DNA of 64,000 nt from Malacoraja senta (lineage: Eukaryota): positions 4,094,001 to 4,158,000 of the forward strand of contig CM075998.1 in the NCBI GenBank assembly GCA_038087875.1, in the 5' to 3' direction. Of the stretch, positions 1-64,000 are shown in pieces (the first letter of the stretch is position 1; each line of letters begins with the position of its first letter). The position numbers and the translations under genes are program-made. Below the pieces are notes generated by a model that had not been told where the DNA came from, ran no database searches, and saw only the letters and a list, made by a program, of their open reading frames with translations.

Positions 1-714
1 TTCGGGCCAAAACCCTTCTTCAGCCCAAATCCAAATTCAGTATCCAGTTCCAGCTTTCATCCTAAATTATAGAATCATGTTGCGTGGAAACAGGCCCTTG
101 TCCACATCGACCAACGTGCCCACCTGCCTGTTTTTGGCCCATATCCCTCTAAACCTGTCCTATCCATGTACCTGTCTCATTTTTCATAAACGTTGCAATA
201 GTCCCTCCCTCAACTACCAGCTCGTTCTATACACCCACCACCCTTCGTGTGAAAAGGCTCCTATTAAATCTTTTTCCCCTCACCTTAAACCTATGTCCTC
301 TGTTTCTCAATTCCCCTACTCCGGGCAAGAGACTCTGTGCGTCTACCCAACCTATTCCTCTCACGATTTTGTACATATCCATAAGATCACCCCTCATCCT
401 CCTGCGCTCCAAGAAAGAGTCCTAACCTGCTCAACCTCTCCTTATCGTTCAGGAACTCGAGTCCTGGCAACATCCTCAAATCTGCTCTGCGCCCTTTCCA
501 GCTGGAGAACATGTTTCCCATAACATGGTGACCAGAACTGAACACAATACTGTTAATGCGGCCTCACAAATGTGTTATATAACTGCAACATGACCTTCCA
601 ACTTCCGTACTCAATGCTCTGACTGATGAATGGCAATGTGCCAAAAACCCTTTTGACCATTCTATCTTCCTGTGATGGCAATTTCAAGGATCTATGTACC
701 TGCACTCCTATATC

Positions 715-843
715 AGTCTGAAGAAGGATCTCGACCCGAAATGTCACCCTTTTTCTTCTCTCCAGAGATGCTGCCTCTCTCGCTGAGTTACTCCAGCTTT
801 TTGTGTCTACCTGCGATTTAAACCAGCATCTGCAGTTCTTTCT
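715..843 (+). mobile_element. Penelope-like terminal-repeat fragment with hammerhead-like core
   Basis: ctgaagaaggatctcgacccgaaatgtc, flanked by direct repeat tgcactcctatatc (701-714 and 844-857). Confidence 0.7.
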
Positions 844-911
844 TGCACTCCTATATCCCTCTGCTCCACAACACTCCCCAGAGCACTACCATTCACTGTG
901 TAGGTCCTGCC

Positions 912-1305
912 CAAAGATCCTATAGCGAAGCAAGATAGATCACTCCTTCTAAATGCAATGGGCTGACGTGTAGTACGCAACGGAGCGGAACGTGGCCTTT
1001 TTTTCATCCGTTTCAGTAACCCGACCCAACCCGACTCGCAGTGTAATCAACGTTGCGGGGGAACAGTTTGTCGTTAATAAATTATAATTCTGAAAATGAG
1101 GAGAAGATTTTTACCAAAGAACTTTTATTTTTACGAGGATGTTTCCGTAACCGGCTTCCGTCTCCGCACTAGTATCTTTGGGATCTTTGGTGCGGAGACG
1201 GAAGCCGGTTACGGAAATGGGGCCGAAAATGACCCATGAATCTGCCCATGACCGTACTACGTCTTTTTCGTAGAGTGGGCTATCTTGCTCGCTATAGGAT
1301 CTTTG
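912..1305. mobile_element. Non-autonomous hAT-type MITE
   Basis: TIRs caaagatcctatagcg..caagatag / ctatcttgctcgctataggatctttg; perfect 8-bp TSD gtcctgcc (904-911, 1306-1313). Confidence 0.85.
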
Positions 1306-2059
1306 GTCCTGCCCATGTTGGACTTCCCAAAATGCAACACCTCACATTTCTCTGTATTAAATTCCATCACCTATTCCTCAGCCCACCTGCCCAACGGATC
1401 AAGATCATGCTGCAGTTTTTGACAACTCTTGATCCCTGTGGCTCAAAAAAACAGTATCTGTCTTCTTGATTATATTTTATGAACCAAAACAAGAGGAACA
1501 AAGTACGACTCCCACGTGTAGATTTTGAGAGAACGACTTTAACCTAATGACCGTAGATAAGGAATCAATGTTGTGTTGATTTGCCATTCTGCCAGAGGCT
1601 GTAGGTGCTGCATTAAATGTGCTCGGCTAATTAACACTGCTGATGGCATTGGTCGATGCCTGCCTTGCTTTCCACAAACACTGGATTGCTAACCTATGAC
1701 AATTGCTTTAGGATTTGGATCTGGATACTTCATGGAGACCTAAATCGAACACTATGTATTATGCACAACAAAATTGATTGATGGGGGAATTAAACTATTC
1801 CAGGACATAAGAAAAGAGGGCCGATCTGAGTGAGATGTTGTGAAAAATTCATCCAGCTGCTGCATTTCATAGAATGTCTTGGTACGGAGCCATCAGGGGG
1901 AAGAAAAAACCCAATTTAACCACTACCAATCCCGAAACACGCCTGGTAATACTGATAGTGACATAAAGCAAGGTATCTCTGGCCACTGTTTATGTGCATT
2001 GTTTCTTGTGGAGTCACAGTGTCATACTGCACAGAAACAGAACCTTTGCCCCTTCATGA

Positions 2060-3240
2060 GCGAGTCCAATTGATTTTATACCCATCTACACAAGTATGGT
2101 GTTGTACAGGTACAATGAAAATCTTGGTTACAGCAGCGTCACAGCCACACAGACTCGGACGTCACACAAAAACATCAATTCCCCATACAATTTGCTGGAG
2201 AGTAAAAGGAAAAGACTGCAAACGAAAACCAAGCTGTTAGTGCAAAACAATTATTAAAAACAAGGAAGTCCATGGTAGTGCAAGAGGTAGGCACAAAATG
2301 CTGGAGTAACTCAGCGGGACAGGCGGCATCTCTGGAGAGAAGGAATGGGTGACGTTTCGGGTCGAGACGTCTGAAGAAGTAGTGGAAGAGGTGATCTGCA
2401 GTGTTCCATTGCTGAGGATTAGGGTTGTCCAGGTTGGTTCAAGAGCCTGATGGTTGTAGTCAAGTAGCTATTCCTGAACCTTGTCGTTTGGGACTCCAGG
2501 CTTCGATATCTTCTGCCCGACGGTGGCAGTGAGAGACATTGCCTGTATGGTGGGGGATTCTCGATGATAGATGCTGCCTTGTTGAGGCAACATCCCGTAG
2601 ATGCTGTCGATGGTGGGGAGGCCTGTGCCTGTGGATGGTCTGAGTCCATCATGTTCTGCAGCGTCTTGCATTCCCATGTGCTGGAATTGCCTTGCCAGGC
2701 CACGGTGCAACCAGTCAGGATACTTTCCACAATGCTTCGGTGGAAGTTTGTTGGAATATTCAATGACATGGGGGAATCTCATTGAAACTTACTGAATAGT
2801 GAAAGGCCTGGATAGAGTAACTGATGAGGATGTCTGAATAGCCTCAGAATAAAAGGACATACCTATAGAAAAGGGATAAGACGTAATTTCTTCAGTCAGA
2901 GGGTGGTGAATCTGTGGAATTCATTGTGGAGGCCAAGTCAATGGATATTTTTAAGGTGGAGATTGACAGATTTTTCATTTGTACAGGTGTCCGGGGTTAT
3001 GGGGAGAAGGCAGGAGAATGGGGTTGAGAGGGAAAGATAGATCAGTCATGATTGGATGGTGGAATAGACTTGATGGGCCGAATGGCCCAATTCTGCTCCT
3101 AGAACTATGAACATGCCAAATCTCTTGTAAACGTCCAATAAAGTGGAGGCACGAACATGCCTTCTTGATCATCCCTGTGTGCTGGCCCCAGGACAAGTCA
3201 TCAAAATGTTGATGTCCATGAATTTGTGGTCCATGCTGAT
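2060..3240 (-). mobile_element. Rex1/Babar-type LINE 3' fragment, interrupted by a Penelope-like piece (2289-2378) and a + strand CR1 piece (~2770-3110)
   Basis: ORF 2419-2769: NFHRSIVESILTGCTVAW...LPPSGRRYRSL..TTRFRNSY, a Rex1-like RT C-terminus. Confidence 0.75.
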
Positions 3241-3331
3241 CATCAACTATCTATCTGCACAAAACTCGTTTACCAGAACGTGGTTCAGAGCCTGCTATGA
3301 CTTAGTTTGCTTGCACTGATCAAAATGGCTC

Positions 3332-3850
3332 TTAAATGTTGAGAGTCCCTGCCTTCTCGGGCGGTGGGTTCCAGATTGAAACCACCATCAAAATGAAATG
3401 TTCTTCCTCTGATCCCATCTGAAACGTTCTCCTCCTCATCTGGAACCTATGCCCGCTAATTTTAAACACCATTGTCATTGGCAGAAGTTTCTTGCTATCT
3501 ATGCCCTCGTAACGTTGTACACCTCTATTCGGGTCCGCTCTCAGCGTCATCTGTTCCAAGGAAAATGTACCCAGTCTACCCTCATAACTGAAACATTTCA
3601 TCTCTGGCAACAATCTGGTGAATCTCCTCTGTAGCCTCTGCAATGCAGTCACACCTTCCGTCTCGTGTGGTGACCTAAACTCTGCACAGTATTCCAGTTG
3701 TGGTCGAACCAATGATTTACAACATTGTACCAAGACCTCTCCGCTCTCACACTCCGTGTCCCAGCTAATGAAGGCAATATCCTGTATAGCTGCTTTACCA
3801 CCCTTTCTACCTCTGTTGCCAACTTCAGGGATGTTTGGACCTGTGCAGCA
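3332..3850 (-). mobile_element. Degenerate CR1 LINE fragment
   Basis: KSLVRPQLEYCAEFRSPH...ALQRLQRRFTRLLP. Confidence 0.8.
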
Positions 3851-4119
3851 AGGTTTCTCAGTTATCCTTTATTAGATCAGCCCAAAATGCATCGCCCCAT
3901 TCTTCTGCTGTTACTGATGGCTATTGTACACCAACTAGACCATGTTGCTTGAAGTTGGCCAAATAGCCCATAACATTTTAACTGCCTAATTTTGTTGATT
4001 GTGTTAACTGCTGCCTATGTAAAACCCACGGCCTGTACCACAAATGGAAAAATAGATGGTCTCAAAGCCTTGTTTAAAACCAAAGTCGTTATCCTGAACA
4101 CAACTATTGTTCTATATTA

Positions 4120-4630
4120 CATCTGAGGAAGGATGTGCTGCCGTTGGATAGGGTCCAGAGGAGGTTTATGAGAATGATCCCTGGAATAATTGGGTTAGCA
4201 TATGATGCGCGTTTGACGGCACTGGGCCTGCACTCGCTGGCATTTAGGATGAGGGGGGGGGGGGGACCTCATTGAAACTTACCGAATAGTGAAAGGCCTG
4301 GATAGAGTGGATGTGAAGAGGATGTTTCCACTGGTGGGAGAGTCTAGGACCGGAGGCCATAGCCTCAGAATAAAAGGATGTACCTTTAGAAAGGAGATGA
4401 GGAGGAATTTCTTTAATCAGCGGGTGGTGAATCTGTGGAATTCATTGTCACAGAAGCTGATGGATATTTTCAAGGTTTGAGATTGACAGATTCTTGATGA
4501 TCAGTACGGGTGTCAGGGGTTATGGGGAGAAGGCAGGAAAATGGGGTTGAGGGGGAAAGGTAGATCAGTGATGATTGAATGACGGAGTAGACTTGATGGG
4601 CTGAATGGTCTAATTCAGCTCCTAGAACCT
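4120..4630 (+). mobile_element. CR1 LINE 3' fragment
   Basis: KGLDRVDVKRMFPLVGESRTGGHSLRIKG...FFNQRVVNLWNSL plus the 3' UTR. Confidence 0.88.
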
Positions 4631-4842
4631 GAATTGATGAACTTATCTGTAGAAGTTTTCTGTCAGATGTACTACCAAGTATTTATTATTTTGAGGGCTC
4701 ATATCAAACGTATGTATGGGCAGGAATACTAGATGGTTTTCTTGTCCTCACTGGTAGAGAGATCGCTGATGGCTGCTTGTAACCTTGTTTGCGTTGCTCT
4801 TTAAAATCTGATCGTGACCTCTGCCTGTGCTGTACTTTATAG

Positions 4843-58041
<53,199 letters not shown>

Positions 58042-58474
58042 GTACCTTTTCTGTTGCACGTTTTTCTGGTGTTCGAAATGTAAGAGCAATTATTTGGTGC
58101 ACATTTGAATGGTATGGACCAAAGCTGTGGAGACCAAGAAGGTCTTAGTTTTCATTTATAACTTTGCTGTACTTTCACTTCAACTTTTTCTGGAGAGATG
58201 AAAATCAGCCACATTTCCTATCCAGTGCCTCTTCCTGGAAAACACGTTTGGGTAATAATTAGTAAAGTAAGTTAAGTTAAGTAAGTAGGTAAGTATTGGC
58301 CAAGTATTCACATACAAGGAATTTGCCTTGGTTCTCTGCCAGGATTAGACTGGTTTTGAAACCTTCCCTGATTCAATGGTTGCCTGAAGCTTACTATCAA
58401 GGCTCATTGCTGTTCCTCCATATCCAATAGGACAATTTGTTTTGTTCAGACATACCTTACAAAGAGCTTTTTTC

Positions 58475-58750
58475 AGTTTACTTTAGAGATACAGCACGGA
58501 AACATGCCCTTTCGACCACTGAGTCCGCACCGACCAGTAATCCCCGCACACTTGGGGCAATTTACAATCTTTACCGAAGTCGATGAACCTACAAACCTGC
58601 ACGTCTTTGGAGTGAGGGAGGAAACCGGAGCACCTGGGGAAAGCTCACGGGGAGAACGTACAAACTCTGTACAGACAGCACCCGAGGTCAGAATCGAACC
58701 CGGGTCTCTGGCGCTGTGAGGCAGCAACTCTACCCTCCCGCCACCGTGCC
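58475..58750 (-). mobile_element. HE1-like V-SINE
   Basis: Reverse complement of the family sequence. Confidence 0.86.
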
Positions 58751-59618
58751 ACCCACCTGGCTCTTTGTTCGGGTCCCCTGCCAGCCTGACCCGACTGGGA
58801 TGCCACATGTGGTTTTCCAGGTCACATCTTTGACACTGGAGCCAAACCTGTATATTTAAAGACGATCCCATCCCCATGGAGTGGGCGTCCATTTTATGCT
58901 GCAGTTGGTCAGGGCAGGAACATACCCCAGTGCAATGGAGTTACCCTTCTCTACTTTTCATCATGGTTGAAATAAATGAAAACCTTTTGTTTTAGCAAAG
59001 CTGTTATAAGTTATATTTTGTGTTGTCATTTTGTTTGTGGTCTTGCCACTTCTACCAGACTTGCTGAACAAAAAATAGTTTTCTTAACTATCATGGCAGT
59101 GAGTGGTTGGCTTTTTTGGTTTAACTCTTGCATCTGGATTTTAAGCTAACCCAAGGCGATTGGGTTGCAAGTCACTTGTATCTGCTTCACGCAAGGATTC
59201 TACGCGAGGTGCCTTCTCAGATTGAAAAGGCAAGGCCCGTTGTGCAGGTCGGTCTGATGTTAAAGGAAGCACCTTGCATTTTTCATCTTGCTTTTAAAGT
59301 TAACTATCCTGAAGGACATCAAGGGAGTATTTTCAAAACACATATTTAATAGCAAGCGGTATGAGATAAGTAGACCGATGACCGAACATTTGATTTAAAA
59401 AAACAAAACAGGTTTGAAGAACTGTCTTAAAGGAGGAGGCAGGGGTGGAAGATTGCAACCTTCACGTGGTCCACCCTGTTTCGACTAATGCAATCAACTC
59501 GACGTGCACAAACGGAAGATCAAATAGAACAAGCTGTCCAACAACTTTAGGCTGTGCACGCCACACGAAAGAAGAAGAAGAAAGGAGGAGCAGACCCTTG
59601 CACCCGGGAAGAAAAGTA

Positions 59619-59860
59619 TTTAAGAAGGAACTGCAGATGCTGGAAAATCGAAGGTAAACAAAAGTGCTGGAGAAACTCAGCGGGTGCAGCAGCATCTATG
59701 GAGCGAAGGAAATAGGCAACGTTTCGGGACGAAACCCTTCCGGGTTTCGGCCCGAAACGTTGCCTATTTCCTTCTGGGTTTCGTCCCGAAACATTGCCTA
59801 TTTCCTTCGCTCCATAGATGCTGCTGCACCCGCTGAGTTTCTCCAGCATTTTTGTCTACC
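59619..59860. mobile_element. Palindromic Penelope-like element with a duplicated centre
   Basis: Inverted arms; direct repeat accc(g/a)ggaagaaaagta. Confidence 0.78.
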
Positions 59861-62364
59861 CAGGAAGAAAAGTAATTCAGATTACAATATTGTAGAGGCA
59901 GTGCACTTGGAAAACTGAGCGAGCAAGTGATGCAAATTGCATTACGTGCTGTGATGAGTTGATGAAGGTCCTCCAGGGAGAATTAGCATGTTTGCAAACA
60001 TCCCGTCTCAATCCCCAATGCTCTTGTCTTTAAACTCTTCTGTTTGTATATATGGATGGTGGCACCGTGGAACAGGCGGGCAGAGCCCCAGATGGCAAAC
60101 GTCAATACCTTAGAAGTAAACTGTTGTAGTTCTGTTCAGCAGGGCCCGCTGGAAAGCATGGGGTGTATGGAGATTGGAGGAGGATGCCATTCTTGTGGTA
60201 TGTACCCTGTATTCAGATTTTTTTTGTTTTTTTGTTGCTTGCACACACGGTGAATTTGTACCAATCCATAATTGAATTTATAATGATCATGCAAATAATT
60301 GTCCTCGTTTGCTCACCCTGTACTGTGTGCTCTCTTCACAGGGCAAGGTGGATGTACTCATCCAACAACTGAAGCTGGAGGATGCCACTTAGCAAGCAAC
60401 AACCATCAACCTCCCTACTTCATGTGCATAGCATAGCAGAAGTTGCTTGCTATATTGAGCAAGCTTTTGGGCCTATGCCCAGTGTTGCCCACCTTTCACC
60501 ACTTGCACACTTTGGGCCTGTTTTCACACGTAGACACTAAAGCAGTACTGCATTGACAGATGATCTGAATTCTGTGCCAGCAACTAACTACGTACTGATA
60601 TTTTCCATCAGAGACATGTCTTGAGAAAAGTTGAGTGCAAGACGGTTTATAAAAGATTGTGTAAGTTGTACCTGGGTGGAGATCTCAGTCATACACGTTT
60701 GTACAGTAGAGGCGCATCTCAACATTGCTCCTTCGTTTCTTATAACCCTTATGACAGTCAAGCCTAATTCTATAAAGTTGGAGTCCATTTTAAAGGAACC
60801 ATGAGGGAGAAATTCATATAACCCATGGGCAGACATCATGAAATACTGACCTGCATGGCTATGTATATTCTACCACAAGAGCAGCTTAAATACTCGACCG
60901 GCGAGAGGGATATTCTGTCTTTGGAAGGAATGATTGAGTTGCAAGCACAACAGTGGAGGAGATTTAGCATGAACGGAGCTTTAGCAGTGATCTAGGCCCA
61001 GCTTGGTTCGTTGCAGAGACGAATAGCAACTCAACTGTATTTCCTTCAGCTCATCAGTTAATTGTGGAGGCATCCGCAGTGCTACTCAACTGGGAGACAA
61101 AGTTATTAACACCGTCCATGCAGAAGTTGTACAGGATGTTTGCAAGACATAAAGACAAAGGCATTAAATCAGCACATTGGATGGTTTTGCACCACACAAT
61201 TGAATAAAATGTATTCACTAATATATTTTGCAGTCTGCATTTCTTTATTGTGTCGATAAGGTGGAGAATGGCACTAAACATGTATTTATACAGCACCTTC
61301 AAATTTACCAAACTGTCCCAAGGACACCTCAAGAATAAAATTTGATCCCGTGCCATATATGGAAGGGGAAAATGACAAAGATTTGTCAAAGAGAGATTTT
61401 ACTGAGCATTTTTGAAGTATGAGAGGGGGAGGGGGGGGGGGGGGTTAAGGAGGGAATTTTATAGTTTTAGAACCTTTGCCTCTAGACACGATTGCCAATG
61501 GTGGAGCAATTAACCTTGGAGATGATAGTAAGCATGAATTGGAGAGCACATGGTCTCAGAGATTGTCGAGCTGGAGGAGGTTGTCGAGGCCACGACTGAT
61601 GAAGTCACGGACGGGCACAAGAATGAGCATATTTTTAATTGAGGCATTGCTCTTAAACAAGTACCTCAGCAATCATGGTTGTGATGGTTGAATGTGGAAC
61701 TTACTGGTAGGCCACGAGAAGCTGGGGGTTGGATGACCAGTTTTATGGAGAGGTGGACAAGGGAGATCTATTGAAATAGTCAGGGCTTGGTGCCTCCCCT
61801 GTGTACATGTTTGGGCAGCATGTCCGTGAGAGATGGAGGAAGGTCAAGAATCAATTCTTAGATGGCAGAAATGACATTGCATGCATGGGAAGTGAAGCCA
61901 TTGCTGGTGTTGAATTAGCTGTGACTGAATGGATAAGAATGAAATTGGGCAGATGTGCTCCTGTCCACCTGGATGACGATGGAGAGACATTGAGAGGGAG
62001 TAGTGGCCAGCTATGAACGAAGCTGCAGAGAGTCAGGGTGGGCAAACGTGCAGGGGATGCCTTTGCCACAATCACGGAAGCTGAGTGTCTTTGGCAAGAA
62101 CCATTTCAGTATCCTAACATTGATGGAGATCTGATGGGAAGGATACAAACATGAAGTTTGTGGAAAGGTGGGTGCCAATGAGGGAAGCTGCAATATGTTC
62201 AAGAATTTTAGAGAGGAAATGGAGGCTGAATGGTTTGAGCAAACAAAAAGATAAAGGATCTTGGGGTGGGGGGGGGGGGGGGGTGAAGGGGAAGGAAGAA
62301 GTACCTGAAGCTAGAGAAGTTGGATGGGCATCAGTTTCATGTGAATAAATTTGACAGTGGCAGA

Positions 62365-62624
62365 TGAGGTGAGAAAAAACGTTTTCACCCAGAGAGTTGT
62401 GAATTTGTGGAATTCCCTGCCACAGAGGGCAGTGGAGGCCAAGTCACTGGATGGATTTAAGAGAGAGTTAGATAGAGCTCTAGGGGCTAGTGGAATCAAG
62501 GGATATGGGGAGAAGGCAGGCACGGGTTATTGATAGGGGACGATCAGCCATGATCACAATGAATGGCGGTGCTGGCTCGAAGGGCCAAATGGCCTCCTCC
62601 TGCACCTATTTCTATGTTTCTATG
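62365..62624 (+). mobile_element. CR1 LINE 3' end
   Basis: RKNVFTQRVVNLWNSLPQRAVEAKSLDGFKRELD. Confidence 0.88.
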
Positions 62625-63089
62625 AGCCCCATGGGCAAGATGAGCTCGGAGAGATTATTAAGGGAGATGGGAGAGGAATCAAAGAAAGATGGGACTAGAG
62701 TACTTGGTGTAACCTAAGTAGTTTGGCCTGATGGGTTGGGGTAAGGACAGTGGCAGCAAACATATACCCCTCACATTTGCTTTTCTTTTAAAGAGATGAA
62801 ACGTAGCACCGGGGAATAGGAGTCTATGATCTCCTTTACATTTCAGGCTAAAGTTTGAGTAGTGAGTGCCTTTGACAGACGAGAATAGCTTCCAGCAGAT
62901 GCAGCAGCAGCATCAACAACAACAACTGCTTCATCTCCAGAGCAACAGTGCAGGAAGAGGCGAGGGCAAGTACTGTCCCAACAAGCCACAATATAGACCC
63001 AAGGAGACTCAATCCTGACAACACCTCCTGAATGCCAGCAATTTCCCTGATAGGAACACAAAAGCAGAATGCTACAGATTCTGGAAATA

Positions 63090-63289
63090 CAGTGCCTTCC
63101 ATAATGTTTGGGGCAAAGACTCATCATTTATTTATTTGGTGAAACCAAAATGTAGAAAATGGCCTTTAATAAAATCTGACAATGTGCACTTGAACCACAT
63201 GTGATTTTTTTCTATTACAAATCTCAAATTGTGGAGTACAGAGGCAAATAAATACATGGGCCTTTGTCCCAAACGTATGGAGGGCACTG
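63090..63289. mobile_element. Tc1/mariner-type MITE
   Basis: TIR cagtgccttccataatgtttggggcaaag / ctttgtcccaaacgtatggagggcactg; TA on the left. Confidence 0.78.
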
Positions 63290-63399
63290 AATTCTGGAAA
63301 TCATCAGAAATTCAGACAGCAACTGCAGAGAGAGAATAGCAGTCCAAGTTTTGAGTCGCTTTTGTTACATCAGAAGATGGCCATTAAAGCCGAGGACGG

Positions 63400-64000
63400 C
63401 AGTAATTTTAGTTCTGGGCGTGCAGATGACATCGCTGGCATCAGATCGCCCTTCCTCAGAGTGAACCCGTGGGATGCAAGTGGCCCTGGCGTGACCTCAG
63501 TACAACTGGCAGAAGTATCCATGGACATCTATAACCTCATCCTTCAATCCGAGGTTCCTATCATTGAGAAAAGCACAATCATTCCAGTGCCAAAACAAGT
63601 TAGCGTACCTTGATGACTACCTTGCGATAGCTCTGACATCTATCGTCGTGAAGTGCTTTGAGAGGTTGGTCATGGCGCACGTCAACTCCATTGACCCAGA
63701 GAGTCTTGATCCACTGAATAAAGCTTTGCCTTCAACACCATAATCTCAACCAAACTCATCTTCAACTCTGGAGCGAGGAGACCGCATCCTCTTCTGCCGC
63801 TGGATGCTTGATTTCCTGACTCGTAGAGACCACAATCAGCAAGGATGGAGCATCCTCAACAGCAACACCCCGCAAGGATGCATTCCCAACCCCTTAAAAT
63901 ACTCCACACTCACTCACGATTGTGCGGCCAAATTCTGCTCTAACTCTGTTTACACGTTGGCAGGTGACGCCAGCGTAGCGGGCAGATCACGAACAATGAC
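63400..64000 (+). mobile_element. Degenerate Rex1/Babar-type reverse transcriptase fragment
   Basis: VNPWDASGP..QLAEVSMDIYNL..KSTIIPVPK, then ALTSIVVKCFERLVMAH; contains frameshifts. Confidence 0.8.

Larger units (their letters stand above)
68..1430 (-). mobile_element. CR1-clade (HER1-like) LINE 3' fragment, interrupted by two younger insertions
   Basis: Minus-strand ORF2 C-terminal pieces LQLYNTFVRPH and RRMRGDLMDMYKIVRG...NRGHRFKVRG. Confidence 0.85.

Overview
This is eukaryotic, intron-rich vertebrate DNA, and its repeat content (HE1/V-SINE, HER1/CR1 LINEs) points to a cartilaginous fish, probably a skate or ray. The window holds the middle of one + strand gene, R3HDM2 (R3H/SUZ-domain RNA-binding protein). 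Twelve GT-AG exons from 4843 to 58041 splice in frame to 1425 nt (475 codons), including two frame-preserving cassette-type exons of 54 and 102 nt. The start and stop codons lie outside the window. Most long ORFs in the supplied track are transposable-element fragments or spurious. The introns are dense with mobile DNA: CR1, Rex1/Babar, L2 and L1/Tx1 fragments, HE1 SINEs, Harbinger, hAT and Tc1 MITEs, and more than 20 short, often palindromic elements with long target-site duplications (TSDs). The last group carries a minimal hammerhead-ribozyme-like core typical of Penelope-like retroelements. Main highlights: (1) this hammerhead-bearing palindromic family, whose stem II is conserved while the loop varies; (2) a retrotransposon tail inserted inside a 3' splice site; (3) a 28-bp TIR-only hAT insertion with a perfect 8-bp TSD; (4) a 2.2-kb DNA element with a 5-bp TSD and a ~320-nt GC-rich fold-back; (5) TGCATG (RBFOX) motifs at exactly +54 after both cassette exons. 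Family names come from recall, not database searches, and repeat boundaries are approximate unless TIR/TSD positions are given.
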